32,000 bases of DNA from an archaeon (GCA_041677685.1 JBAYPN010000006.1:1-32000), one strand, 5' to 3'. Shown: positions 1 to 12,581, counted from the stretch's first letter. Numbers and translations: made by a program. The notes: generated by a model from the letters alone, not told the origin.

Positions 1-766
1 CTGTTCTTTTAACCATTTTACTTCCAGAACCTACTAAAGTTACCTTTGGTGTACTACCAAAAGAAGCTGTTTGTAATTCATAAATTCCACCCATAAAATG
101 AACTGGTAAAGTATCTCCTATAGCAAAAAATTCACCTTTATTAGCATCAAACACAATTGGATCTCCGAAAGCTAACTCATATTTTATATCTCCTCTTTCA
201 ATAAAAGTAACAAGATCTTTTACATTGTTATTTTTTGAAAAGAATGTGTTGAAATTAACATCTAATGTTTCTGTTTCTCTAACAGTAAAGTTACTATTTC
301 CTGTTATATTTCCATAAACATCATCATCATACAAAACTGAATAGTCTGTATTGATTAAAGATATATTTTTTTCATCTACATTTTTAGCCATTTGAATAGC
401 CATATCTTTATCTGATAAATAACCGTCTCCTGTTACTGTTGCTCCAGCTTCTGTACCAACAGTTACTACTACATTATTGAATGTGTAACTACCTGTTCCA
501 GCTTCTTCTGCTGACATGTAAGCTTTCTTACCGATTGCAGCAGCAATGTTACCAGCCCAAACTACATCAATAGTTTGACCCATTGAACCCACAACAATGT
601 TGTATGCAGGAACACCGCTTGTGAATAATTGATCCTTTGTTAATTCATTGAAAGAACCAAAGTCGTCACCGTTTACATTTGCAGCTACAACTGAACCTGC
701 TAAAAGAGCAGAAACACCCAGAGCAGCAGCACCTGCTACGATTTTCTTCATATTTATATTTTTCAT
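1..766 (-). CDS. Secreted S-layer-like surface protein, N-terminal part (3' end runs off the window start)
   Basis: Minus-strand frame open from ATG at 766 (in-frame ATG also at 751) to the window edge; absent from the ORF track because no stop lies in the window. GGTGA Shine-Dalgarno (rc of 774-778) lies 7 nt upstream. My translation MKNINMKKIVAGAAALGVSALLAGSVVA/ANVNGDDFGSF... is a signal peptide. The following ...PAYNIVVGSMGQTIDVVWAGNIAAAIGKKAY... resembles the N-terminal region of methanococcal-type archaeal S-layer proteins. Gly/Ala/Thr/Val-rich and visibly less AT-rich than its neighbours. Confidence 0.6.
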   Translation of the reverse strand, partial: MKNINMKKIVAGAAALGVSALLAGSVVAANVNGDDFGSFNELTKDQLFTSGVPAYNIVVGSMGQTIDVVWAGNIAAAIGKKAYMSAEEAGTGSYTFNNVVVTVGTEAGATVTGDGYLSDKDMAIQMAKNVDEKNISLINTDYSVLYDDDVYGNITGNSNFTVRETETLDVNFNTFFSKNNNVKDLVTFIERGDIKYELAFGDPIVFDANKGEFFAIGDTLPVHFMGGIYELQTASFGSTPKVTLVGSGSKMVKRT

Positions 767-1376
767 ATTTTTTTCACCTTTTTGGTTTTGTTTTTTTATT
801 AAGACTGAATCTGATTTTTTATTTCAAAAAAAATAAACTTGAAACCAACAGACCCAAACTAATAACACAGCCATTTACAACTATGCTACCGTATGATATT
901 GAAGGACAAATTCATTTAAAAAGCTTTCTTTTTTGGAAAATAGACGATATGTTTATAAAGGAATAAGATGTGAAATCTTGCTTTTTTATTACCTTAGAAA
1001 AGCTAAGATTTTTCCTTTCATATCTGTTTACCTTTAGTCATCTATTAACCTACAAGTAACCTTCCCTTTGATATTGCCTTCATTCTCTCTTTTTCTTACT
1101 TTGTCTTCTTACTGTGTCGTTCTTTTTTCTTACTGTGTTGTTTTCTTTATTTTTACTTTTGTTATATCTATATTATCAATATATAATATATGTTGAAATA
1201 TTTTTAAATATAAGTTTCTGCATTTTTAGATATAACCTTTTGTTTCTTATGGTAATAGTTAAGAAAAAAAGTGTATTTAACTCTAATCATAACAATTAGA
1301 ACTTTCTTATTTGTTTTTTAATATTTTAAATTTACAAGAAAATTAAAAGGAGAAAAGAGAAAAAAAAGGGAAAAAA

Positions 1377-2051
1377 TTATCTCTTTGTAAACATAGCTTT
1401 TAGTTTTTCATTTTCTTCCTTTAACTTATAGATCATGTCTGCATAACCATGAGTCATGTCTATTATAGTAAAAAGACTTTCTTGAAGGTCAGAGATTGGT
1501 AAACTTAACTTCTCTGGTTTAATAACATCTATTGAAGTTACACCATAATAATAAACCAATTGTAGTAGTGAAGCAAAAGTTGGACAGGAAATCTCTGCAT
1601 CAATGTATGTTGAAAAAAGATCATCGTGGACAACTACCTCTGCTAGGTTAGACTCATAAACCACTAACTGTGGATTTTCTTTTAGGTTTTTTAGAATGGT
1701 TGACATTGCAATTTCTAGCCTTTCTTTATCATTTGATTTTGATTCAATTATTACACTTACTCTTATCTTGTTGTTGTCTGCATTTTGAGTATTACTTCTT
1801 ACAGATAGTTTTTCTTTTATTTCTTCTGCTAAAAAATATTTTACAGGAAAACCTTCTTTTTTTATTAATTTTAAAACTAACATATTTCTTAAAGCATTTG
1901 AGATTTCTTCATAACTTGCATTAGGTATTTGTTTTTTTATTTCTTCTTCTGTTAAAGATTCTGCTGCATATATCTTTTTTGCAATCTCTTGTCTTAACTC
2001 TACTAGTGCTTTTAGTCTTTTATATTCTTGCTCTTTATATGTTTCTTCCAT
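1377..2051 (-). CDS. Hypothetical protein; possible N-terminal winged-helix-like segment, coiled-coil ends, unknown C-terminal domain
   Basis: 224-aa ORF that stays stop-free in very AT-rich DNA. Non-repetitive composition, charged helical N- and C-termini (MEETYKEQEYKRLKALVELRQ..., ...KLKEENEKLKAMFTKR). I recognise no catalytic motif. Confidence 0.55.
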   Translation of the reverse strand: MEETYKEQEYKRLKALVELRQEIAKKIYAAESLTEEEIKKQIPNASYEEISNALRNMLVLKLIKKEGFPVKYFLAEEIKEKLSVRSNTQNADNNKIRVSVIIESKSNDKERLEIAMSTILKNLKENPQLVVYESNLAEVVVHDDLFSTYIDAEISCPTFASLLQLVYYYGVTSIDVIKPEKLSLPISDLQESLFTIIDMTHGYADMIYKLKEENEKLKAMFTKR

Positions 2052-2303
2052 AACTAATCATTTTTTTGTTCTTTTTAATAAATATTATATACTAAGAAAA
2101 ATATATAAAAGAAAGGTTTTGTTCTTTTTTTAAATGAGAAGCGATTTACTAAGAAACAAAGTGATCTTGTTCTTAAAAAGTTAACCTCTAAAACAAAAAT
2201 TTTACTATTTAGAAAAAAATATAAACTATTTGGGACAATATTATATGTTAGTTAGACTATATTTACAGAAACTAAAAAATAAAGTAAAAAGGAGGCGAGA
2301 TGT

Positions 2304-2591
2304 ATGTTTAATTACTTATTATTAGCAACAACAGAAACTGCCACAAAAACTTTATTTAACAAACCAATAGTGTTATTATATGCCTTAATATTAATAGTTA
2401 TTACAGTTATTATTATTAAGTTTTTCAAAAATATAATAGTAAATAGTATTATTGGAGTAGTTGGGCTGTTTATTACTAATTTTATATTTGGTTTAAAATT
2501 ACCTTTTGTTGTTACTCTTATTGTCACAGCAATTCTTGGACCAGCAGGTTTAGGTATTATGCTTGTGTTAAGGTTTTTTGGACTTGTGTAA
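2304..2591 (+). CDS. Small integral membrane protein, BofA-like
   Basis: 95-aa ORF with GGAGG (2290-2294) 9 nt upstream of the ATG. Hydrophobic helices; ...NSIIGVVGLFITNFIFGLKLPFVVTLIVTAILGPAGLGIMLVL... resembles the BofA family pattern. The overlapping minus-strand ORF 2312-2620 looks like an antisense artefact. Confidence 0.5.
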   Translation: MFNYLLLATTETATKTLFNKPIVLLYALILIVITVIIIKFFKNIIVNSIIGVVGLFITNFIFGLKLPFVVTLIVTAILGPAGLGIMLVLRFFGLV

Positions 2592-2833
2592 AAGAAACAC
2601 CAACAATTTCTTTTTTTCATTTTTTAAAATTAAACTTTCTTGATAAAGAAATTTCTTATTAGAAACATTATGACAAAATTATTATTAATAGTTTATATGA
2701 GAATTAGAAATAACAAATATTATTTTTTAAATATATCATGTCTATGATATTCTAAATATAATTTTCTTCTTTTTCTTTAAATCTAAAACACACACCTACA
2801 CTTTTTATATATTTTCTTTAATAAATTAATTAT

Positions 2834-4114
2834 ATGCAAAAATATAATTTAGATCTACATTATCATTCACCATATGCTGCTGCCTGCTCTAAAAACATAA
2901 GCATCTCTCTACTTTCTAAAGAAGCAAAGTTAAAAGGACTTAACCTAATTACAACTGCTGACTCTTTACATCCAATTTGGAAAAAACATATTAAAGAAAA
3001 CATTATTGAAAAAGATGAATGCTTAATCTTTAAAGAAGACAAAAACAATTTAGAAAAAACAAACTTTTTACTTGGTGTAGAGGTAGAAAGTGCAAAAAGA
3101 GTACACCATCTATTATACTTTAGAAACTTACAACATCTTGACACCTTTAAAAAAGAAATAAACAAATACTCTCAAGACATGGAAAAATACGGAGGAGGAA
3201 GACCTAGACTATCGTTAACTCCACAAGAACTTCTTGATATCTGTGTTGATTATCAAGTGCCTTTAGGTCCAGCACATGTCTTTACACCTTACTTTGGAGT
3301 CTTTGCACATTACTCTTCTCTAAAAGAAGCCTATGGTAAAAATTGGAAAAAAATTAAATTTTTAGAACTTGGGCTTTCTGCAGACACACAAACAGCAAAC
3401 ATTATTCCTGACCTTAAAGAGGTTAAGTTTTTCTCATTTTCTGATTCTCATTCACCTTATAGCTACAGAATTGGAAGAGAGTATGTTTGTGCAGATTTAA
3501 AAAAACCAAACTATGATTCTTTCTTAGACTTACTAAATAATAAGAAAGGAAACAAAATACTTTATAATGTTGGATATAATCCTTTGGAAGGAAAATATAA
3601 TAAAAGTGCTTGTAAGACTTGTAAACAACTTTATAGCTTAGAACAAGCAACAGTAAACAACTGGAGATGTATAAAATGTAAAGGTGTTGTTAAGAAAGGA
3701 GTTGGAGATAGAGCAAAAGAGATAGCAATATTACAAGGTAATAAAAAATTATTAGAGGTTACTAAAAGACCTAACTATAAATATCTAATACCACTTGCAC
3801 AAATTATACAGATCGCAATTAAGCAAAAAAATATTCAACATAAGTCTGTTTTAGAAATATATAATCAATTTATAGAACAGCACACAGAGATAGATATTAT
3901 GTTAAATGTCTGTGAAGAAAAACTAAACAAAATAAATGAAAATATCGCAAGATATATTATAGCTTTTAGAAATGATCTTGTTGTCTTTAGACCTGGTGGA
4001 GCAGGACATTATGGAGTTCCATATATAACTTTTTCAAAAAAAGAAAAAGAAGAAAAACAAAAAGAAATAGATAAAGAAACAGAAATTGATTTGGTGCAAA
4101 AAACCTTATTTTAA
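2834..4114 (+). CDS. PHP-domain protein, endonuclease Q (EndoQ / TIGR00375)-like
   Basis: 426 aa. N-terminal PHP metal motif DLHYHSPYA, then GGGRPRL, GPAHVFTPYFG, LELGLSADT, SFSDSHSP. A four-Cys zinc ribbon (CKTCKQ...CIKCKG) follows, then a helical C-terminal domain. Size and domain order match archaeal EndoQ as I recall it. Confidence 0.6.
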   Translation: MQKYNLDLHYHSPYAAACSKNISISLLSKEAKLKGLNLITTADSLHPIWKKHIKENIIEKDECLIFKEDKNNLEKTNFLLGVEVESAKRVHHLLYFRNLQHLDTFKKEINKYSQDMEKYGGGRPRLSLTPQELLDICVDYQVPLGPAHVFTPYFGVFAHYSSLKEAYGKNWKKIKFLELGLSADTQTANIIPDLKEVKFFSFSDSHSPYSYRIGREYVCADLKKPNYDSFLDLLNNKKGNKILYNVGYNPLEGKYNKSACKTCKQLYSLEQATVNNWRCIKCKGVVKKGVGDRAKEIAILQGNKKLLEVTKRPNYKYLIPLAQIIQIAIKQKNIQHKSVLEIYNQFIEQHTEIDIMLNVCEEKLNKINENIARYIIAFRNDLVVFRPGGAGHYGVPYITFSKKEKEEKQKEIDKETEIDLVQKTLF

Positions 4115-4227
4115 TTTTAAAGAATGTTATTAATTTTTATTTTAAAAGATTTATTTAAATCTAATTAAACTTATGTTCTAAACATCTTAATTTTATTTCT
4201 TTTAACCACAATTTCTTTTCTCCACAT

Positions 4228-5259
4228 TTAATTAGATTTTACTTCTTTTAGTAAACTACTTATAGATTTAGAAGTGTGCATATTAAAGATTACTTTAGCA
4301 AAATAATCTTCTACAGAAATTTGTAGATACCAAAGATTTTTGTCTAAAAAATCTTGAGACTTGTACACAGCATTTGTTCCTATCAACTTAGTTAGTTGTT
4401 TGTTTTCAAACAACTCTTGCATTCTTTCTACTGCCTTTCCATTTAAGAAAGGTAAAGAGCATGCACAATAAATTTTGTTTGCACCTTTTTCTTTTAATAA
4501 CTTTATAGCATTGTACATAGTTCCTGCAGTGTCAATCATATCATCTACTAACAAAACATCTTTTTTGTCAACAGAACCAATTATTTCCATTTTTTCAATA
4601 GCATCTATTTTTGTGTAACTTCTTTCCTTGTAGATTGTAATTAATCCAACATTTAGTTTAGAAGCAAACAGTTCAGCTCTCTTTATCCCACCTAGATCAG
4701 GAGAACTTATAACTAGGTTAGAGGTGTCTATGTTTTTTATAAAATATGTGATTAGGTCTCTAAAGCCTTTTAGATTTTCAACAACACATTTATCAAAGAA
4801 ACCAACAATTGCTGGGTTATGTATGTCAAGAGTCATTATTGTGTTAACTCCTAAAATCTCCATCTCCTTTGCAAACATCTTAGCAGTAATACCCTCTCTG
4901 TTAAATGACTTGTCTTGTCTTGCATAAGGAAATGTTGGTAACACTACATTTATTCTTGATGCATCTGAAATTCTTGCAGAGTTAATTAATGTTTTTAAAG
5001 CTAAAACATTATCGTTAACAGAATAACCATTATTTAAATTTGAAACATCTTGAATAATGTAAACATCCTTTCCTCTTATTGATTCTAAAACATTTGATTT
5101 TATTTCTGTGTTAATAAACATCTGTTCTTCTGTTTTTGTAATTGCAATTTCAGGTTCACCATTCTGCTTTAAAAAAGAATTTAAATAAGGTATTAATTTT
5201 TCTGCAAAAAACAGACCAGATTTACAAGCCATAACACTTATTCCTACACCATATGTCAT
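4228..5259 (-). CDS. prs: Ribose-phosphate pyrophosphokinase (PRPP synthetase)
   Basis: Motifs VVLPTFPYARQDK, TLDIHNP, SSPDLGGIKRAE and the PRPP-binding loop VLLVDDMIDTAGT. The start could alternatively be the Met 10 codons downstream. Confidence 0.85.
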   Translation of the reverse strand: MTYGVGISVMACKSGLFFAEKLIPYLNSFLKQNGEPEIAITKTEEQMFINTEIKSNVLESIRGKDVYIIQDVSNLNNGYSVNDNVLALKTLINSARISDASRINVVLPTFPYARQDKSFNREGITAKMFAKEMEILGVNTIMTLDIHNPAIVGFFDKCVVENLKGFRDLITYFIKNIDTSNLVISSPDLGGIKRAELFASKLNVGLITIYKERSYTKIDAIEKMEIIGSVDKKDVLLVDDMIDTAGTMYNAIKLLKEKGANKIYCACSLPFLNGKAVERMQELFENKQLTKLIGTNAVYKSQDFLDKNLWYLQISVEDYFAKVIFNMHTSKSISSLLKEVKSN

Positions 5260-5321
5260 AATAATTACTTCCCTTTTTTTTCTTCTTTCCTTTTCTTCGT
5301 TTACAATTCTATAATTCTATT

Positions 5322-6698
5322 TTAACCAGTCAGAACTATAACTGGTATAAATCTTATAACTTTTTTTACTAATTTATTTTTTTCCATAATCTCAAGAACT
5401 TCTTTTGAAGGCTTATAAGCTAAAGGTTGTTCTTCTCTCATTAAATTCTGAGATCTTCCAGCAAGAATAATATTTTCTTTTTCCATCAATTTCTCTAATT
5501 TTTCAAAAGACATCTTTTCTTTAGCCACTATTCTGTTTAATTTTCTACCAGAGCCATGAGCTACAGAATAGAAAGTTTTTTTCACACCCTTGTCAGGAAC
5601 TAAGACATAACTATAATCAAGCATAGAGCCTGGAAGAAGAACAGGAAAGCCAGTCTCCTTAAAAGGAGAGGTTTTTTTTAAATCTTCTTTTAGAAAGACA
5701 CGAGAAGCTCCTTTTCTATGTACTAAATGTTCTTTGTTGTTGACCTTTTCAAGAGTAGCAAGATTATGTGAGTTATCACAAAGTAATTGAAAGCTTAATT
5801 TTTGTCCAAGATTTAATGTAGATTTGAAAACTTCTTCAATTTGCTTAGATAACACACTCCTATTTACAAAAGCATAATTTGCACAAGCTAACATCGACCT
5901 ATAATAGTTGTTACCTTTCTTTGAATCTAATTGTAAATAACTAATAACATCTTTATTTTCTGATCTGTTCTTCTTATTATAATCTGTTGCAACTTGATGA
6001 CCCAAACCTCTTGAACCAGAATGTAAAAATATACAGATTTGTGATTTTTTTAAACCAAATTTTTTACTTAGACTTTTGTTAAAGACATCAGTAACCTCAA
6101 CTATATCTATAAAATGATTACCTTGACCTAAAGTTCCAACTTGTGTTTGTGCTCTAGTCATTGCAGTTTTTGAAATACCTTTATAATCTGCATATTTAAA
6201 AACACCATTATAGTTTATATATTTTTTATCTTTCTTTAAACAATAGTTATTCTTAATTGCCCAATCAACCCCAGTTAATAAAATTTCATTTAAATCATTT
6301 TTTGTAATTTTTATACCTTTATCTGATAACCCCAGACCCAATTGTTTTAGGTTGTTTGCTAATTTTTGTAAAGTTGTTTTATCTAGGTCTTTTTTATATA
6401 AGTTAGTTTTAATTAATCTAACTCCACAATTGATGTCATAACCAACAGCTTCAAAACTAATAATTGCATTTTCTTTTAAAGTTGCAAAAACAGACCCAAT
6501 TGGAACACCAAAGCCAGGATGGATATCTGGTAAAGCTATGATTGGAGAAATGATGTTTGGTAGTAAAGAAATATTTTCTAATTGTTTAAAAGCAGATTTT
6601 GGAATTTTTAAAAATAGTTTTTTAGAACAAATTATTTTTATTTCCTTTCCATTTTTAGAAGCAAAATAATGATTTTCTTTTAAAATATACTTAACCAT
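5322..6698 (-). CDS. rtcB: RNA-splicing ligase RtcB
   Basis: 458 aa with the RtcB motif series DIHPGFGVPIGSV, GYDINCGVRL, GQGNHFIDI, HSGSRGLGHQVA, SHNLA, HRKGASR, PGSM, AHGSGR. Confidence 0.9.
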   Translation of the reverse strand: MVKYILKENHYFASKNGKEIKIICSKKLFLKIPKSAFKQLENISLLPNIISPIIALPDIHPGFGVPIGSVFATLKENAIISFEAVGYDINCGVRLIKTNLYKKDLDKTTLQKLANNLKQLGLGLSDKGIKITKNDLNEILLTGVDWAIKNNYCLKKDKKYINYNGVFKYADYKGISKTAMTRAQTQVGTLGQGNHFIDIVEVTDVFNKSLSKKFGLKKSQICIFLHSGSRGLGHQVATDYNKKNRSENKDVISYLQLDSKKGNNYYRSMLACANYAFVNRSVLSKQIEEVFKSTLNLGQKLSFQLLCDNSHNLATLEKVNNKEHLVHRKGASRVFLKEDLKKTSPFKETGFPVLLPGSMLDYSYVLVPDKGVKKTFYSVAHGSGRKLNRIVAKEKMSFEKLEKLMEKENIILAGRSQNLMREEQPLAYKPSKEVLEIMEKNKLVKKVIRFIPVIVLTG

Positions 6699-6954
6699 AA
6701 ATATATAATAATTGCAAACATATTAAAAAGAAAAGGTAAGTTGTTTATTGGCTATTAACAATTAGAATAATTTTTTTTAAAGTTAAATAAAAATAATTAC
6801 TTTTTTACACACCTATTTAAAAGATGGCAATTACTATTTCTTTATAAAAAAACTAAGACCTCAAATTAATTTATATATGTTTCTATTAATCTTATAAATA
6901 TAGAATGTATAAAGAATAATAAGAAAAAAATAATCTTTTTTAGAGGAAAAGAAA

Positions 6955-8100
6955 ATGGATATTAAAAAAAGCAAAAGCCCAAGAACACTTAAAGAAATTA
7001 AAAATAAATCTAAAGAACCTAAACACTTTCAATTTACAACAACTAAAGATATTAAAAAAGAAGTTAGAAAGAAAGGTGGGCCTTTAAACAAAGAACTAAT
7101 TGAAGAAAAAGAAGAAGCTTATAAACAACAACAAAAAGAACTAAAGCCAAAAAAAAACTTAAAATATTTATTTTTTAAAATCTTAAACAAAATTAGAGAC
7201 ATTCCTTCTAAATTCTCAAATGACCTGCCATATAACCTAAAATCTTTATATTGGGGAATACTTGGGACAATGGTTGGTTTTGGATTTGCAATATTGCTGT
7301 TTCCAACTAGACCTGGGTTATTTGCTGTTTTTTTCACAACAATCTTTCTAACACCATTTATTCAAAAACAAATTAAGTATAATGAAATCTTGATTGGAAG
7401 AACTGAACAGATTAAAAAAGATGGAGTTACAATTACTAAGTTTCATATAAAGCATGATAGCAAGTTTTCATTTAAAGATTTTTATTTAGAAAATAGAAAT
7501 ATACTTAACACCTATTTAAATTTTTTCTTAGGAATTATGCTTGTAATAATCTGCCTAATAGCAATAATCCCACAATCAACTTCTCAAACCCTTTTTAGTG
7601 ATCAAGGATGGGATAGTAAATTACTTCCTTCCAAAAATATTGGGTTTGAAGGACAAAATAAAAATTTAGTGTTTGCAGAGATATTTACTAACAACCTCTC
7701 AGTTTTAATTGTAACTTTTGTTATTGCCTTAGTCTTTCCCTTAGGTGCAGCCATGATAATTGTGTGGAATGCTATTTTTTGGGGGGTTGTCTTTACTCAG
7801 TATGCTTTAACTTATAGTTCTTTATACTCTGTTGCCTTTGTAAGTGTTCTTTTGCCCTTACTATTAAGCGTAGCAACACATATGATTTTAGAGATAATTA
7901 GTTATTTCTTTGGAGCAATGAGTGGAAACTTACTTGCAATTGGGTTTAAAAGAGAAAAATTGGATTCTGAAAGATTGTTTAAGGTCATAAAGTACTGCAC
8001 AATCCTTTTGTTGTTTGGGCTTGGTTTTTTGTTCCTTGGAATCTTTACAGAGGTTTATTTGTTTGATTTTTTAAAGAATTTCTTTTTTGGATTATTTTAA
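6955..8100 (+). CDS. Polytopic membrane protein, SpoIIM/DUF95-like, with Lys-rich cytoplasmic N-terminal extension
   Basis: 381 aa. The first ~90 aa are K/E-rich and followed by multiple TM helices. ...FAEIFTNNLSVLIVTFVIALVFPLGAAMIIVWNAIFWGVV... resembles the stage II sporulation protein M family core. Confidence 0.5.
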   Translation: MDIKKSKSPRTLKEIKNKSKEPKHFQFTTTKDIKKEVRKKGGPLNKELIEEKEEAYKQQQKELKPKKNLKYLFFKILNKIRDIPSKFSNDLPYNLKSLYWGILGTMVGFGFAILLFPTRPGLFAVFFTTIFLTPFIQKQIKYNEILIGRTEQIKKDGVTITKFHIKHDSKFSFKDFYLENRNILNTYLNFFLGIMLVIICLIAIIPQSTSQTLFSDQGWDSKLLPSKNIGFEGQNKNLVFAEIFTNNLSVLIVTFVIALVFPLGAAMIIVWNAIFWGVVFTQYALTYSSLYSVAFVSVLLPLLLSVATHMILEIISYFFGAMSGNLLAIGFKREKLDSERLFKVIKYCTILLLFGLGFLFLGIFTEVYLFDFLKNFFFGLF

Positions 8101-8201
8101 ATTAAAATTATGTTTAAAAAATAAAAACTAGAAAAGAAAAAATTTAGAAAATTAAAATTAAGAATTAAAAGAGAATTGAAAAAATTAAAAGAAAAAAGAA
8201 A

Positions 8202-9371
8202 CTAATCAATAAGATATTTTGAGTATCTTTTTAAAATATCTTTTTTGGTTTCCTTCTCTTCTAGAGCTGACAAGTTTTTAATTAACTTTTTATAATCTGA
8301 AGAAAGTTTACTTGGAACCTCAACAACTACTTTTACAAACAAAGATCCGTAGTTTCCACCTCTATTAACATCAGGTAAACCCTTTCCTTTTAATTTAAAA
8401 ATAGTGTTTGGTTTTGTAGATGAAGGAACTTTAACTTTTAATTTGTCACCAAAGAAATTTAATTTAAAAGTTGTTCCTAAAACAAAGTCTGAGTAAGGTA
8501 AAGGCAATTCACAAAATAGATCTCTATCCTCTCTTTTATAAAATTCATGTTCTTTAACACTTATTCTTAAAAATAAGTCTCCTTTTTCGTTTGAGTGATT
8601 GTGACCTTTCTCTCTTAACTTAATTACATCTTGGGTGTTTATTCCTGCTGGGATGTCAACTGTTAATATTTTTTTTACCTTTACATAGCCTTTTGCTGAA
8701 CAACTACTACAAGGGTCATCAATTATTGTTCCTTTACCTTTACATGTTGGACAAATTGATTCTACAGAAAACATTCCAAAAGGAGTTCTTTTTGAGTTTA
8801 AGACTCTTCCTTGTCCTTTACAGGTAGAACAGGTTTTTGGATTTTTACTTTTTGAACCAGTACCATCACACTCGCTACAAAAGTCATCGACATAGATTTC
8901 TATTTTTTTCTTTCCGCCTTTTACAGCAGTTTCAAAATCTAAATCTAAATTATGAACAATATCTAAATTTTCTTGAGAAGATTGTCTTTTTCTTCTACCT
9001 CCTGAAAACCTTGAAAAGATATTGTCTTCATCATCCATAAATGAGGAGAAGATGTCTGAGAAATTGAAGTCTTGAGTTCCAAAGCCATGAGCTCCAAATC
9101 CACGAGTACTAAAGCCTGAAAAGCCTTGGTCATTTGCTCCTGCCTGTCCACTTGCACCAGCTTGACCAAAGTGATCATATTGTTGTCTTTTTTGTGGATC
9201 AGAAAGAACTGAATAAGCATTACTTATTTCTTTAAATTTTTCTTGATCTGCATTTAGACCAGCTAAGTCAGGGTGATGCTTTCTTGCTAGTTGTTTGTAA
9301 GCAGCTTTTATTTCTTCAGGAGTTGCATTTCTTGAAACTCCTAAAATCTCATAGTAATCTTTTTCAGCCAT
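8202..9371 (-). CDS. dnaJ: Molecular chaperone DnaJ (type I Hsp40)
   Basis: J domain DYYEILGV...KHHPD, a G/F-rich linker, and four CxxCxGxG zinc motifs ([32 protein letters not shown]). Confidence 0.93.
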   Translation of the reverse strand: MAEKDYYEILGVSRNATPEEIKAAYKQLARKHHPDLAGLNADQEKFKEISNAYSVLSDPQKRQQYDHFGQAGASGQAGANDQGFSGFSTRGFGAHGFGTQDFNFSDIFSSFMDDEDNIFSRFSGGRRKRQSSQENLDIVHNLDLDFETAVKGGKKKIEIYVDDFCSECDGTGSKSKNPKTCSTCKGQGRVLNSKRTPFGMFSVESICPTCKGKGTIIDDPCSSCSAKGYVKVKKILTVDIPAGINTQDVIKLREKGHNHSNEKGDLFLRISVKEHEFYKREDRDLFCELPLPYSDFVLGTTFKLNFFGDKLKVKVPSSTKPNTIFKLKGKGLPDVNRGGNYGSLFVKVVVEVPSKLSSDYKKLIKNLSALEEKETKKDILKRYSKYLID

Positions 9372-9419
9372 AATTTCTCAAATAAATTTTAAATTGTTTT
9401 AAAATAGAAAGATTGAAGA

Positions 9420-9448
9420 GGGAAGGAAATTAAAAAAATGCCTATCCC
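9420..9448 (-). promoter_or_regulatory. Imperfect G+C-containing hairpin in the dnaK-dnaJ spacer
   Basis: GGGAAGG (9420-9426) can pair with CCTATCCC (9441-9448), giving 7 bp with one bulge and a 14-nt A/T loop. It is the only GC-rich patch in the 97-bp spacer. Possible partial terminator or processing stem. Confidence 0.3.
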
Positions 9449-9468
9449 CTTTTTTACTTTATTGCTTT

Positions 9469-12053
<2,585 letters not shown>

Positions 12054-12197
12054 AAATACACCTTTTTATATTGAATATTAAAATTCGCTAACACAAAATA
12101 AATATGAAACAAAAATAATAAAATAGTATCGTAGGTAGTATTAAAAGACTTTGCTTTTTTTACTTAATAACAAGTAAATTCTGTAATTTTTTAAGAA

Positions 12198-12581
12198 CTA
12201 TTTTTTATTTCTTTTTCTTAAAATTACTTCTAAAAATATTGGTTCTCCTTTTTGGTTATAGGCTTTATAATCTTCAACACCAAATGGATGATAGGCAATG
12301 ATATTTACATCCTTTCCTAAAAAGAAGTGAAGATCTGCTCTTGAAGGACCCCCATAACCTGAAGGATGAGAATGAACAGAGCCTTTTAAAGAGAAAATCA
12401 TTGGGGACATGTCAAGTCTTAAAACCGCAGAATTTTCATTACTTACTGTTAGAGGTAAAAAATAGATCTCTTCAATAATGTTTTCTGATAAATATAGTAA
12501 AGCAGAAAATTCCTTAGGGTAAAATGATTTTGAAAAACCCATAATAGAAAACAAGACATCTTTATATATTTTATAAGTCAT
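12198..12581 (-). CDS. Minimal stand-alone JAMM/MPN+ metalloprotease-domain protein
   Basis: 127 aa with a complete JAMM signature: upstream Glu (PKEFSALL), then H-S-H-P-SGYGGP-S-RA-D, which matches HxH-x7-S-x2-D. Confidence 0.75.
   Translation of the reverse strand: MTYKIYKDVLFSIMGFSKSFYPKEFSALLYLSENIIEEIYFLPLTVSNENSAVLRLDMSPMIFSLKGSVHSHPSGYGGPSRADLHFFLGKDVNIIAYHPFGVEDYKAYNQKGEPIFLEVILRKRNKK

Noticed and set aside
648-966. Plus-strand ORFs 648-836 and 679-966
   Set aside because: They are antisense to, or just upstream of, the much longer minus-strand S-layer-like frame. Their low-complexity Phe/Ile-rich translations are typical of chance ORFs in AT-rich DNA.
1114-1299. 61-aa plus-strand ORF in the long non-coding region
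   Set aside because: The translation is pure Leu/Phe/Tyr/Ile low complexity arising from the pyrimidine-rich tract. There is no SD and no plausible fold.
2312-2620. 102-aa minus-strand ORF overlapping the BofA-like gene
   Set aside because: The plus-strand ORF has a GGAGG SD and a coherent membrane-protein sequence. The minus-strand translation is an Asn/Thr/Ile/Lys-rich mirror artefact.
2304-8100. Sporulation functions implied by BofA-like and SpoIIM-like names
   Set aside because: These are widespread small membrane-protein families named after Bacillus members. Nothing else in the window relates to sporulation, and the context is archaeal.
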